Notes: a model not told the origin generated them from the letters alone. Positions 29,257 to 41,889 are shown, counted from the first letter of the whole stretch. The stretch is DNA of 63,125 bases, filler included, from Guillardia theta CCMP2712 (GCF_000315625.1; 4 parts of 4 records of this genome joined end to end with filler, not necessarily neighbours in it); one strand, 5' to 3'. A program made the numbers and translations.

Positions 29257-30600
29257 AGTGGAGACGATCCACTTGATGATAGAATACATGATAATGAATT
29301 GTGGTGGTGGTGATGTGAAACATGCAAACATTTATGACGATAACTGCTGCTTCTGCAACATCGAGGGTGGTGAAAAGACGAGGAGGAGCATGAAGCAAGG
29401 CTGAGTTGTACTTTACAGTGCTAGTGAGTGATCAAGATGCTTTTCCCGGCACATGTCCAACATGTCGGGTGAAGGAAGTGTTCAACTTGACATCCAGCAA
29501 TCAGACCAACCGCAGTATAGACAGCGATTGTCAGAATACTTCGGTGAGTTCATCGTCATTGTTCTTCTCTCTCTCCTGTCTTGTATCTCACTTCTACCAT
29601 CAATCTTGCTGTTGCCTAGATAGCTTGTTGAGTTTCTTCATGCAGAACCTTGCACTGATACAAGAGTACGAGTCTGTCATGGTTGTCAGCGATGCCAACC
29701 AGACCGTCAAGATGCACATCTCAGAGAAGATCTACAAACAGCTCTGCTGTGGTTTGCAGAATGTTAAAACAGCCAGTAATCATCCAGTTCCTCCCTGTGA
29801 CTCCATCTATACAGGCAAGTTCTCGTCCTTTACCGACCCATCCTCGTTCTCCTCCTCTCTCCTCAGTTCCTCTCTTTACGGCTCCTTGGATCGCTCGTCC
29901 TCCGCGTCCCCTCGTCTCTCATCTCCCTTGTTCGCTTTCTCATTCTCTCGCCAGCTTTCGACCTCTTGTCTGCATTCCCGTCGAGCGTGTACAACGGGAC
30001 TGTGAAGTTCCTGCCCGGGTACTTTGTGGTGAAGGAGACAACCAACGTCAGCAGAAGCGTCGCCATGTCTTGCGAAAACTGCACGAGCAACGGGGCCGCT
30101 TGGCACTTGTCAGACGTCTATGCCATCACTACTTGTTTGCACTCCGGGAGCAACATGTGAGGAGGAGGGGGAGGGGGAGGAGGAGGAGGAGGAGGAGGAA
30201 GCATCAATGGACGGAGGGAGGAAAGGAGGATGACACAGAGAGGTAGGTGGAGGAAGGAAAAAGAAGCGGGGATGTAGGCAGGACAAGAAGGAGGAAATAG
30301 CGTGGGGAAAGCAGGTAGAGGAAGAGAAGTCCGTGGAGGTACAGGAATGTGCTTCTGGCAGCATTAGATGGGGGGGGGAGGGGGGGTAGTAAAGAGTTGC
30401 AGGGGAGGAAAAGGAGAGGGAGGAGAGAGGGGAGGGGAGGAGGGAGGAACACGGTAAAGACAAGGAGCCGGAGGAAGGGAGAAACTTGTTTGACCGATGC
30501 TTCAGCTTCTCCTTCCCTCCTTCGGACACGTACGCTACAGGCACCGACAACTGTGATCCCGCGACCTTCGAGTTTGAGTTGGAGGAATGCCCGCAAGGTG
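27013..30600 (+). CDS. Secreted/surface protein with CHB_HEX_C-like motif, C-type lectin domain and ephrin-receptor-like Cys repeats (3' truncated at contig joint)
   Basis: Signal peptide MRPSRFLRLGALFLFQLVSVLG; FWYTVDDSTP; CLECT CY..SFWDAERSCQSEGGHLASVSSQAENDF..VWIGL..WTD..YMNW; later exons CAPGYYNESGTLPCSPCAAGEYSS. Confidence 0.8.
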
Positions 30601-30800
30601 AGCTGGATGTCGAGGGATCGAGCGGAGATAGAGCAGAGGAGGAGACGAAGAGAGGGAGGAGGACGAGGAAAGAGGAGGAGGACAATCATGAAGGAGGATG
30701 CGGAGATGATGGTCGTGGTGGTGAGGGCGATGATTCTTGCTTGATGGATAATGAGGAAAAGAGGAGAAAGCAGAAGAATTTTTAACCCTTTGCAAATATT

Positions 30801-30900
30801 NNNNNNNNNNNNNNNNNNNNNNNNNNNNNNNNNNNNNNNNNNNNTTAATTAATTAANNNNNNNNNNNNNNNNNNNNNNNNNNNNNNNNNNNNNNNNNNNN
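30801..30900. other. Artificial contig linker (N-TTAATTAATTAA-N)
   Basis: A six-frame-stop 12-mer embedded in N runs; identical at three positions. Confidence 0.9.
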
Positions 30901-31119
30901 GAGGAGGAGGAGCGGAGCAGGTGGTGGTGGATGGGATGAAGAGATAAAATCGGAGGAGGTGGTGGTAGTAGGTAGGAGGTGAGAAGGTATCGGGTAGATA
31001 GGAGGAGAGGTGGTGGTAGATAGGAGGAGAGGTGGTGGTGGATAGGAGGAGAGGTGGTGGTGAATAAGAAGAGGATAGGAGGAGAGGTGGTGGTGAATAA
31101 GAAGAGGAGGGGAGGGGTC

Positions 31120-32600
31120 CACCACCTCTTGAAGCGACTGCGTCCTATGTGTCCTCGCACACATTTCTGCAACCTGATCGTTGAGACGAGCATCAAGCTT
31201 TCAGCTCGCATCCACTCCCTGTCACCTGATCAGTGCTCCTCCCTCCTTCCCTCCTCCCTCCCTCCTTCTCACCTGATCAGTGCTCCTCCCTCCTTCCCTC
31301 CCTCCCTCCCTCCTTCTCTGTCCCTCCTTCCCTCCTTCCCTGCCCCTCCTGGTCCTCTTTCTCTGTCCCTCCTGCTTCTGCTCCATCTCCATCTCCATCT
31401 CCATCTCCATCTCCATCTCCATCTCCTGCTCCTTTTCTGCCCTTCCTTCCCATCCCTCTCCTCCTCCTCCTCCTTAGATTTCTTGTGTTGCTCTTGCTAA
31501 TCCTCGAATCCTTCAGCTCCCACTCTCACCCTCCACCTTCTCTTCCACTCCCCTTCCTCTTCCTCCTCCCTCCTCGTTCCCTCGTCAGTCTCCTCACCTG
31601 TACAGGAAGCCGACGTACATGCGCCTGTTCTCCTCCGGGATCGAGGCCAGAGGGAGGACGGAGAGCGCAAGAGCCGAAGACAAGTCGATGAGGGAGCGCA
31701 GGCGCGCAGACTGGACGTTGAGCTGAGAGTTGCTCTTGCGGAGATGCTCGCTCACAGCGTCGCATCTCAAGGGTGACGAGTCAGGACGGGCGATCGACTT
31801 CCTTCTCACCTCTTGTTCAGCTGGACAACCGTCTCTTCCAGCTGCTTCTTCTGGGATGACAAGCTGGCAATGACCTCGTTGAGCTCGTCGACCGCGTCTG
31901 ACTTGCTCTGCAGTGCTGTCTCCCACTTGCCGATCTGACGGGGAGGAAGCGGGAGTGAGCAGCCCACAGAGAGAGAAGATCGTCAAGGGATGAAGCACCT
32001 GCTTCATCAACGAGTCGTTCAACCTCGACAACTTCGCGATCTGTCAAGTTTTCGTCACTTCATCTCCATCGACACGGGCATGAACATCGTCGTCGTCATC
32101 TTTTCATCATGTCATCGTCATCACATTGTTTTTGTGTTTGTTTTTGTTTTTGTTGGTGGTGATCGTCGTCAATCACAATGACAACATCATCACTATTACT
32201 ATCTCCTTTATCATTACAACCATCATCATCATCGTCATCTCCTTCTCCATCATCATCATCATCGTAACCATCTCCATCTCCATCATGGTCATGTCTTATC
32301 TCGGAGATATTCGGGAGCATTACCTTCTTCTCTTTGTTCAGCAGTCGTTCTTCTTCGCTCTTGATATCCTTTGCCTCCTCCTCCAGCACCCGCAGACCCT
32401 CTTTCACCTCGAGATACTCCAACTGCACCTGATTCATAAATCTCAAACATTTACAGCGAGAGGACAACATGTTTGAATACAACGACGTCTTCCACATCAT
32501 CTTTGTCATCAGCAAGAGCAAGAGCAGGAACAAGGGCAAGAGCAGGAGCAGGAGCAGGAGCAGGAGCAAGGAGCAAGGAGCAGGAGCAGGAGCAGGAGCA

Positions 32601-32631
<31 letters not shown>

Positions 32632-34657
32632 GAGCAGGAGCAGGAGCAGGAGCAGGGAGCAGGAGCAGGAGCAGGGAGCAGGGCAGGGCAGGAGCGAGGA
32701 GCAGGAGAACATGACTAGTTCNNNNNNNNNNNNNNNNNNNNNNNNNNNNNNNNNNNNNNNNNNNNNNNNNNNNNNNNNNNNNNNNNNNNNNNNNNNNNNN
32801 NNNNNNNNNNNNNNNNNNNNNNNNNNNNNNNNNNNNNNNNNNNNNNNNNNNNNNNNNNNNNNNNNNNNNNNNNNNNNNNNNNNNNNNNNNNNNNNNNNNN
32901 NNNNNNNNNNNNNNNNNNNNNNNNNNNNNNNNNNNNNNNNNNNNNNNNNNNNNNNNNNNNNNNNNNNNNNNNNNNNNNNNNNNNNNNNNNNNNNNNNNNN
33001 NNNNNNNNNNNNNNNNNNNNNNNNNNNNNNNNNNNNNNNNNNNNNNNNNNNNNNNNNNNNNNNNNNNNNNNNNNNNNNNNNNNNNNNNNNNNNNNNNNNN
33101 NNNNNNNNNNNNNNNNNNNNNNNNNNNNNNNNNNNNNNNNNNNNNNNNNNNNNNNNNNNNNNNNNNNNNNNCTGTCTTCCATGCACCTTCCCTCGCTTCA
33201 CGTGTTGTTCAGTTCCAGCAAGTTCAGCTTTCGAGTCATGTCATCTTCACTCGCGGGATGAAGGAAGTCGATCTTGTCTGTTAGATGACCGTCATCTCCG
33301 TTCATGATTTGCAGGTTGTCCTGGAGGATATCGTCGATGTGAACAAACTCCTGGAACCTCGCATGAGCCTCTCCTCCTCCTCCCCCCCTCCCTCCTCCTC
33401 ACAACGTCCGAGTCACTCCCTTCGCTCCTCTTCGTCTCCTCAAGAGCATGCTTGTCCACGATCGACTTATACGCAGCTGCAGCAGAGGATGAGGAGGAGA
33501 AAATCGATAGCTCGCAGCTGACCAAGTTCGTTCTGAAGGACAAGGAGGATAGAGGGAAGAACCTCTCGCGACTTCTCATCCGAGCAGACGCGCCATCGCA
33601 GGAGGGGCTCACTCTGAAAGCGAAGCTCTCGCAGGCGGAGCTTTTCGTTCTCCTGGTTGATCTTCGTCGTCTTGCGCAAACTCGTCAGAGGAGGAGGAGG
33701 GTAGAGGATCAAGAGCAGGGGAATGAAGAGCACAGAGGAGGGAGGAAGGCAAGGAAGGAGGAGGAGGAGGAGGAGGAGGAGGAGGAGGAGGAGGAGGAGG
33801 AATAACAATAAGATTGAGCAAGAACAAGAGCAAGAGCAAGAGCAAGAGCAAGAGCAAGAGCAAGATAAGACCTTGTCGAGGAGGGAGTGGACGCTGCTGT
33901 ACTTGTTCATGAGGTTGAAGAGCTCTTCGTTGCTCTCATACATGATGACTCGCTTCTTGAGCACAAACACCAACTTCTCCAGCGCCTTCAGCTTGTCTTG
34001 CAGCAGCAGCATGGTGTCTATCCCCTCCATCACGGTAGCAGGAGAGGACATGGCGCTTCTTGTCGTCTCGTTCAGCGTGTCCTCTCGCTCCTCCCTGTTC
34101 TTTCTCAGCAACGTCGCCATCTCCGACTGCTTCGCGATCAGAGATGGGCTGCTCGGGCGCGAGGTGGAGGAGGCAGGATGTTTGTCCAGCTCTGCGGGAG
34201 GGACGATTGCGATCTCGTGTTCCTCTGATCCGCCCTTCATCGTGCCGCTGTAACGGAGGATGGCAGCATTGATATCCCTCAGGCTTGCTTCTATCTCTGT
34301 CTTGTTGACAACCTCTGCGATGATGTGAACTCTCTCATACATCTTCAGCTTCTCCACCATCTCCACCATCTGCTCCTGCAGCAGCATGTTGTGCTCCCTC
34401 ACCTCCTCGAGCTCCTCCGCCAGCGCACGGGAGGAAGCATCAGCGTTCTTCCTTGACGCGTCCACATTCTCCAGCGCGTCGACAACGGCAAGAAACGTTT
34501 CCTTGTCAGCGCTGGGCGTCTTGGCGAGAGAGGACAGCTGTCTCAGTCTCGCGCAATGGTCCTCAAGGTTGCTTAACTTAGGAGTCTTTGCGCTCTTCGG
34601 CCGGATGGAGCTGGAGGGTCGCAGGGGCGCTGAGAACGGCCTTCTTGTCGCTTGCAT
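31120..34657 (-). CDS. Coiled-coil protein with IQ calmodulin-binding motif (multi-exon, gapped, 3' truncated)
   Basis: ATG 34657 gives MQATRRPFSAPLRPSSS..., followed by long heptad-rich exons. IQ motif IRLQKCVRGHIGRSRF at about 31130-31185. Confidence 0.6.
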
Positions 34658-35599
34658 GGCTGTGGGAGGATACTAGTGAACACGGCTCGATGCCATTCTT
34701 GCGCCTTCCTTCCTACATGTCAGCGATAAGAAGGCAAGGAGGAAGAGGATGGGAAAACAACGGGGCAGAACGGAGCAGGCAACAATGACTTGCATCATGA
34801 ACAAAAAACCCTTTCGTTTACCTCCTGCTTTGCTTGCCCCTGCCCCTGCCCCTGCTCCTTCTTCTACGGCTCAGATCCTTTCTCTCACGCTGCTTCCTTG
34901 TGGACATGCAATCGATGAATATCATTTCAACCATGCCCCTTGGAGGATGAACAATCACTTGGATCCTTCTACCAGAAACAAAGTTTTCTGCTCCTGCTCC
35001 TGCTCCTGCCCCTGCCCCTGCCCCTGCCCCTGCCCCTGCTCTCCTGCTCCCGCTCCTGCTCCTGCTCCTGCATATCTACATCTACACGCCTCCATGCCCA
35101 ACGGATTGGCCTTCTCGATCACCCCTACTCTGACCGCTTCTACAACCCCACCTGACTTTCTCCAGCCCCCCTTCGAAGTACCCTACCCTACCTTTTTCCA
35201 TGAAAACTTAGTCAATCACCCACCTTCCAGTACGTACCCCCTCTTGCCCCCCCCCCCCCCCGTTCCTAGGCAGAGTCGGGATGGAGGGCTCTTGAGGGGA
35301 CTCGAAGACGTACATGGATATCGAACATGCCATGCAGCAGACCCATCTGGGAGCAAAGAATAAGATGACGCTACACATTGCTGTACTTGCCTGCACTTCT
35401 GATCCTACATGGATGTCACTGCAGCACTGAGTCGAGATGNNNNNNNNNNNNNNNNNNNNNNNNNNNNNNNNNNNNNNNNNNNNNNNNNNNNNNNNNNNNN
35501 NNNNNNNNNNNNNNNNNNNNNNNNNNNNNNNNNNNNNNNGCCCCCCCCCCCCCCCCCCCTGTTTTACTCGGCAACCACCCCCTTGTGAAGTCAACCGGC

Positions 35600-36270
35600 G
35601 ACTCAAACTACCCGGTCGGGGCCCGGGTCTCACTGAGCCGGCCCGGCCGCGGGCCGGGCTCACTGCGGCTGGCGCGGCCCGGCCGCAGTCACGAGTTGAG
35701 CGCGGCCCCACACTTACTGCCAGAAGACTTCTTTACTCAAGTCAGTGAGGGCAAACATTGAACCGTGTCCAAACGAACTTAGGCTAGTCCGGGAGTCCGA
35801 TCTGATCGGAACAGTCACTGGCCTGAGTGACCGGGTGCCGCCAGCGGCCAGGCCGCCACTGTACTACGGTAGGACGTGCCACGGTCACTGCTCACTAGTA
35901 ACGGCGGCGGTCCGATTGGCGCACGGTCCGCACTAAGTAGGACTCCATCTCAGTCATACACAAGCTAGTTCCGGATTAATCACGGCCGGGCAAGTCACTA
36001 GTATCGAAACTTGAAAGTTTCCGAGTCCGAGTCCGAAGTTCAGTGCGGCTGAGTCACGGTTGCCGCCGTGGCCGTGAATCGGGGCCAGTGGGCCGCCCGG
36101 GCTGCAGCCGGGCTGCAAGTGGCGGCCGCGGGCACTGCGGCAGCCTCAGCAGTGACGGTCCGACAGGCTCACCGTGACGGCGGTGACTGAACGGCGCGGG
36201 CCGGCGGGCCTGACCGTACCGGACGGTTACGAATTGAACTCGGAAGTAGAAACAAGCGTAACGGTCAAGT
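35600..36270. other. GC-rich, palindrome-dense intergenic island B
   Basis: Same word vocabulary as island A; shares CGGGCACTGCGGC (36129 vs 26642). Followed by an AT-rich tract and then a GGGGTA-rich tract (36400-36660). Confidence 0.6.
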
Positions 36271-37265
36271 TTTCGTCATTTCAGATGCCAGCCAATTGAA
36301 AATTTCATGTTGTTTGATTTGAAGTGTATTTATTTGTAATTTTGAAAATTACCCTAAAAGATTGAATTTTTGCCTCAATCTTACCCATTCGCTCGTGCAC
36401 TTGAACCTATCACCCCCACCTCCCTCTCACTTGACCCACCCTGAATTTCCCCTTCTGGTACCCCTAGTCAGACCAGGTTTTTGACCAGGGGTGCTGATAC
36501 CACCCTAGTAGTATCCTATTTGCAAGCTGTTGCAAGGGTATTATCAATTCAGTGGGTAGGGGTGCATTCAAACTCTCTAAATAACCGGGTACTTCAAAAG
36601 ATAAAAAGGGGTAGGGGTAATTCAAGTAGGGGTTCTTCCAGAGGGGTGGGGTAGGTGGACATAGAAGGCATCATCGCTAGGTGTGATGAAGCGTTGAGTC
36701 CATGGAGGAGGAGGAGGAGGAGGAGGAGGAGGAGGAGGAGGAGGAGGAGGAGGAGGAGGAGGAGGAGGAGGAGGAGGAGGAGGAGGAGGAGGAGGAAGAT
36801 GNNNNNNNNNNNNNNNNNNNNNNNNNNNNNNNNNNNNNNNNNNNNNNNNNNNNNNNNNNNNNNNNNNNNNNNNNNNNNNNNNNNNNNNNNNNNNNNNNNN
36901 NNNNNNNNNNNNNNNNNNNNNNNNNNNNNNNNNNNNNNNNNNNNNNNNNNNNNNNNNNNNNNNNNNNNNNNNNNNNNNNNNNNNNNNNNNNNNNNNNNNN
37001 NNNNNNNNNNNNNNNNNNNNNNNNNNNNNNNNNNNNNNNNNNNNNNNNNNNNNNNNNNNNNNNNNNNNNNNNNNNNNNNNNNNNNNNNNNNNNNNNNNNN
37101 NNNNNNNNNNCTCCTCTCCTCTCCTCCTCCTCTCCTCTCCTCTCCTCTCCTCTCCTCTCCTCTCCTCTCCTCTCCTCTCCTCTCCTCTCCTCTCCTCTCC
37201 TCTCCTCTCCTCTCCTCTCCTCTCCTCCCCTCCTCTCCTCTCTTCTCCTCTCATCCCTTCTACAG

Positions 37266-37421
37266 GCCAAGGGCTTGTCCCAGAAGGATTTCGCGAGCAA
37301 GATGATGGTTCCCCCCAAGACTGTGCAGGACTACGAGAGCGGGAAGGCGATCCCCAACAACCAACTTATCGCTAAGATGGAGAAAGTCCTTGGATGCAAA
37401 CTGCCACGTGCCTCCAAGTAG
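37266..37421 (+). CDS. MBF1: Multiprotein bridging factor 1, last exon (5' part lost in gap)
   Basis: AKGLSQKDFASKMMVPPKTVQDYESGKAIPNNQLIAKMEKVLGCKLPR is the MBF1 HTH C-terminus, preceded by a CT-rich intron ending in AG. Confidence 0.9.
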   Translation, partial: AKGLSQKDFASKMMVPPKTVQDYESGKAIPNNQLIAKMEKVLGCKLPRASK

Positions 37422-37993
37422 AGCAGAACGAAGACGATGATGGCGATGATGATGACAAGAACAACAAAGAGCGTCTGATCTGATGTTAAAACAATTCAGA
37501 GATGTTCACCTGTACATCGTTCGTCTTCATCTTGAAAAACTAAATCTTTTTTTTCTTGTCTGCATTCCTCCACACGAAGTTGTTTGCTTGTTTTGTGTCC
37601 TTCCAGGCATTCCGCACACCAAGAGTTGTCGAGGAGAAGGGTGAGGAGGAGCAACTTGTGGTACGTTGCTGTTGGAAAAGCAGCAGTGAACAAGCAGGAG
37701 AAAGGTTGAAGAGAAAGGCACATGCTAGGACAATGAAACATCGTCGAAACGACAAGGTAGGCAAGGAGATCACATCATTATTGATGTAGATGTTGATTCA
37801 ATGAAATAATGAAAATGTTGAAAGATTGTAACCGCAAGAGAAAGGATACACAAGATGCAGCAAAACTCCATCTGCTCTCGTCGCTGCACTGTTCGACAAA
37901 TCTCCAGCCCTCCTCCTTCCTCTGTCTCTTCTTTCACCCCCTCTCCTCCTCCTCCTCCACCCTCCATGTTTGTCTGATCTCCCTCCTCCTCCT

Positions 37994-40900
37994 CTACCAC
38001 TCTGATCCAGTGAACCCAGCGTTCAGCACCTGCCTCCCTCCCGCCATCACCCCCTTTGCGTCTCTCGTCCAAACCTCCGACCCAGTCGTCTGCAGCCGCA
38101 GCACTCGACCGACTTCGTCGCTGATGTTTATCCCCTGCTGCCTCGCTGTGCTCTCCAGCCTGTGCGCCTCCTCCACCGCCTCCCCCATGAGCTGGTACCT
38201 CGGCTGCAGCAGCCCCACCGTCCCTGCCAGGCAGGACCCCATGGCGATGCCGATGCGGCAGGCGAGGGGGACGTGGAAGTCAAGACCTGCCTGCTCGACG
38301 ATGTCGATCATGTCGGACGCGAGGGCAACCATCCTCTGACAAACCTCCCGCTCGCTCTCTCCGTCCACCCAGCACGCGCACACGTATGCGTCTCCTATCG
38401 TGTCCATCTTGAAGAGCTGACGCGTCTGGACCGCCGAGTCAAAGCGGGAGAATACAGAGTGAACGAGCATGGCGAGCTGCATGACTTCCATCTTTGAGCT
38501 GAGCTCCGTGTAGTTGCACAGGTCCAAGTAGAGGACGGCAGCTCTACGGGTGGAGCAGGGGACGTGGCCGAGCAGGAGAATCTGCCGAGCGACGTCGATG
38601 GGGAAGAGGTCGCAGAGGATCTTGAGGATAGCCTTGTTCTCCAGCTTGCGGTGCTGAATCATCCGCCAGCGTTCGCGCTCGAGGAGGAGGGAGTTTCTCA
38701 CCTGGATGTAGCTGAAAGTGGCGCAGGCGAGGGGGAGGAAGACTGTGTTCCAGCTGGCCCGATGCTCGAGGAAGGAGAGGACGAGGGAGGGGACGACGAC
38801 GACGACGGAGAGGAGGAGGTGCTCGCGGGAGGAGAGCGAGGAGTGGATCAAGTTGAAGCAGGTGAAGGCAGGAGCGAAGACAAGCATCCATCCCGTCGCC
38901 TTCACCGCCATGGATGAAGCGGCCATCAGCAGCGTGTAAAGCACGTTGTACCCCGTGAGCATCCTCTTCCAGAAGCGGAGCTTACCGTGCGCCTCCTCCT
39001 TCCCCCGCAGTGTCTGCAAGGAGCAGACGCCCAGGATGGCCGCCATGGAGGCGACCGCGAGCTTCTGCGACAGGATGAACAGCCGCTGCGCCCTCCTGTC
39101 CTCCATCCTCTTGAATCCGTCGAGCTCGCAGATGCTCAGGAAGGTCACTAGGATCCTCATCAAGTTCCCCACCATCGCCATCAGCAGCTTCTTTTCCTCC
39201 AGGTGCTGCCGCTCTGACCAGAACTGCCGCTCAGTCGCAGCGTCCAAGAAGGAGAAGGAGGAGGAGATCTGCAGCTTGTCGTACATGGCGGTCTGGTAGT
39301 CGTCCCCCACGAAGGATCTCCATGCTCCCATCTTGGATGAGGAGGACCCTCCTTCCATCGACTCGCTCGACCTGCTCGCCACCTTTCTCCCCTCCTTGAA
39401 CTTCACTGGCGCCTTCCTGACCTCCTCCTCCTCCTCCTCCTCCTCCTTGCGACGGAACTCACCCTCGACCCGCCTCCTCCTCGGCGGCTGCTCGCAGGGA
39501 TCGGCGAGCAGCCTCCTTGAGAGCGAGTCAGGCTGCGTGCTGAAGGATCTGGACAAAGGAGAAGACATCTTCCTGTCCCTCGCTCCATCCTCAACTTCCA
39601 CGTAGAACGTCTTCATCCTCCCCTTCCCTTTGATCGCCTGCATCCCCCGGCACACGCAGCTGATCCCCTCCTGCCTCCCAGCCATCAGCACCTGCACAAA
39701 CTTCTCCGTCGCCTGGATCTTGGAGGGCTCCGAGGACGCGCACATTCTTGCTGCTGTGTTGACAGGGTCCCCGAACAGACAGTAGAACCTCCGCTGCTGC
39801 CCCACCACCGCCCCCGCCACCTCCCCCATGCTCACTCCCACCTTCGCCCACAGCGGCTCGCCGCTTCTCGTCCTGAACTTCTTCGCCGTCTCCACAAACT
39901 TGGCTGCCAGGATCACCATCCTCCTTGCCGTCGACCGCGCGTACGCCTCGATGTTCACTGGGTCCTGGAAGGGATACGCCGAGCGAGGGCACGCGACGAC
40001 GTACTGGTCGACAACATGGTGGTACTTGAACATGCCGAACTGATCCACGAGGTCGTCAAACTCGCCGTAGACATTGTTGAGCATGTCGTAAAGCTCCTTG
40101 GTGCCGAGGTAGGATGAGGCGGAGGAGCCGCGAGCGGCGGGGGAGAGGCTGACAAACATGATGATGCAGAGGTCCATCGCCTTGCCCACCATGTCGTGAC
40201 TGTCCTGGTCCTTGAGACGGGAGTGAAGCGAGCGGGGGATCAGCGTGCAGAGGAGGCGATCGGTATGATCCGTGAGCTTCTTCAGCGACGCCTCCTGGTG
40301 AAACTCCTCGCTGGCGTTGGAGAGGCGAGAGGAGCAGACGAGCACGGTCATCATCGAGAAGACGCTGTGTAGCAGCACTCCTGTCCACAGGTGGAACAGA
40401 TCCGCTCCCACCGCTCCTCCCACCACCAGCAGGATCACCAGCTCCAGCAGCGCGAGCACAACTGCCGAGATCACGTCGACTCCGGCGGATGTGGGGAGGA
40501 ACATTCCAAGCATGAGGTAGTGGATGAACGAGTCGGGCAGGAACATCCTCGGCACACAGCTCCTCTCCTCGCAGTCGAACTTCGCGCAGTCCGAGAAGGA
40601 GACGTTCACGTCGCATCTCCTCGTCCATGAGAGGCCGTCGCCGAAGTCCAGGGAGAGGAGGACGGGAGGGTGGCAAGACTTGGAGCTGGAGAGCGCCAGG
40701 TCCTCCACGACGCGCCTGCATACCTCCAGGAGGAAGAGGAGGCTGAAGACTGAGGACACCTGCACCCCCCACTCCCTGACCCGACTTCCATCCTTGAACA
40801 CTCTTGGTATGTAGACGATGAGCATGAACCATGAAATGAGCGAGGAGAGGAGGAGGAGCGAGGCCTGTACCCAGCGGAGAGGACGCGCTCCCTGGCATCC

Positions 40901-41074
40901 CCCATCAACGAGGACTACGATGCAGCAGGAGGCGTATCCCAACACGCAGCCTGTCAGCTGCCTTTGAAACCTGGGCATGTTCTGCTTGAAATCGCTCTCT
41001 AGGAACTCGAACTGAGCGCTCTCCGCCTCCCCGTCCTTGATGACTCGGGAGGTGAGACGGGAAAGCAGAGACAT
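37994..41074 (-). CDS. Class III nucleotide (probably guanylyl) cyclase with TM-C1-TM-C2 architecture
   Basis: Uninterrupted 1026-aa ORF with two hydrophobic clusters and two cyclase domains (FYCLFGDPVNTAARM...IKGKGRMKTF; LYLDLCNYT...KMDTIGDAY...RIGIAMG..GTVG..PRYQLMGE). Confidence 0.9.
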   Translation of the reverse strand: MSLLSRLTSRVIKDGEAESAQFEFLESDFKQNMPRFQRQLTGCVLGYASCCIVVLVDGGCQGARPLRWVQASLLLLSSLISWFMLIVYIPRVFKDGSRVREWGVQVSSVFSLLFLLEVCRRVVEDLALSSSKSCHPPVLLSLDFGDGLSWTRRCDVNVSFSDCAKFDCEERSCVPRMFLPDSFIHYLMLGMFLPTSAGVDVISAVVLALLELVILLVVGGAVGADLFHLWTGVLLHSVFSMMTVLVCSSRLSNASEEFHQEASLKKLTDHTDRLLCTLIPRSLHSRLKDQDSHDMVGKAMDLCIIMFVSLSPAARGSSASSYLGTKELYDMLNNVYGEFDDLVDQFGMFKYHHVVDQYVVACPRSAYPFQDPVNIEAYARSTARRMVILAAKFVETAKKFRTRSGEPLWAKVGVSMGEVAGAVVGQQRRFYCLFGDPVNTAARMCASSEPSKIQATEKFVQVLMAGRQEGISCVCRGMQAIKGKGRMKTFYVEVEDGARDRKMSSPLSRSFSTQPDSLSRRLLADPCEQPPRRRRVEGEFRRKEEEEEEEEVRKAPVKFKEGRKVASRSSESMEGGSSSSKMGAWRSFVGDDYQTAMYDKLQISSSFSFLDAATERQFWSERQHLEEKKLLMAMVGNLMRILVTFLSICELDGFKRMEDRRAQRLFILSQKLAVASMAAILGVCSLQTLRGKEEAHGKLRFWKRMLTGYNVLYTLLMAASSMAVKATGWMLVFAPAFTCFNLIHSSLSSREHLLLSVVVVVPSLVLSFLEHRASWNTVFLPLACATFSYIQVRNSLLLERERWRMIQHRKLENKAILKILCDLFPIDVARQILLLGHVPCSTRRAAVLYLDLCNYTELSSKMEVMQLAMLVHSVFSRFDSAVQTRQLFKMDTIGDAYVCACWVDGESEREVCQRMVALASDMIDIVEQAGLDFHVPLACRIGIAMGSCLAGTVGLLQPRYQLMGEAVEEAHRLESTARQQGINISDEVGRVLRLQTTGSEVWTRDAKGVMAGGRQVLNAGFTGSEW

Positions 41075-41889
41075 CTTCGCTGGGATGGCAGTCTGAGAGA
41101 TTTCTAGCTGTGCCTCACTGGCAGGGAAAGAGCATGCCCAACCGCCTCCTCCTTCACAATGTTGTGGTATAGATTCAAAATCTCGGCTGGTTCGTCAAAA
41201 AGCTCTCAGATAAAGCTCAGAGGATCTCCCTTTGCATGCAGTGGAACTTTGAACAGAGACGCTTCTACATAGTCAGAAGCGTTTCCAAACTATCGAATTC
41301 CTCTTGCCTTCCTTATTGGCACAGAAGCATTCCTGTGAAATCTTGACCTTGTTTGCTGTTGTTTGAGTTTTTCTTCAGCTCGTTCTCTTTCTCCTTCCTG
41401 TTTTCCGTTTGCTGTTTCCCGCTCTTTGGTGAACGTTTTCGCTCCTCCTCCTCCTCCTCCTCCTCCTCCTCCTCTCTCTCTCTCTGCCCCCTTTCCCTTT
41501 CCCCTTGAGAGTCCTCGAGGATATGATAACCCTGTAAGCCAGTCAGTCAAAATAGTTTACGATATTGTTCTCCTATATTTCAAAATTACATACAAATATT
41601 GAAAATATGTTGCAAACTTGGGTATTTCCCTTCAAACATCATATCCATAGAAAAAAAATTCACTTTAAAAATAGTTTTTGTTTCATAAAAGTAATTATAG
41701 AAACATATCTCGTACACCATTTCTGGTAGGGTACACTCCTTGGTGCCAAGAATAGCATATATAATATTTTAAATTTAAAAGTCGTCGGGGTATGGGCCCA
41801 AACGACATGTTTTCCCCTCTTCCGCAAATTTCAATTTTGGTACTGAAAACCATGTATCATATTTCAAAATAAAATACAAGAGTGAACAT

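Noticed and set aside
30844-30856. TTAATTAATTAA palindrome recurring three times as a biological site
   Set aside because: Always embedded in N runs; it is a standard six-frame-stop contig linker. Gene adjacency across these points is not trustworthy.
35270-35440. Small gene start (MDIEHAMQQTHLG...) before a gap
   Set aside because: Too short and truncated by Ns; no recognisable homology.
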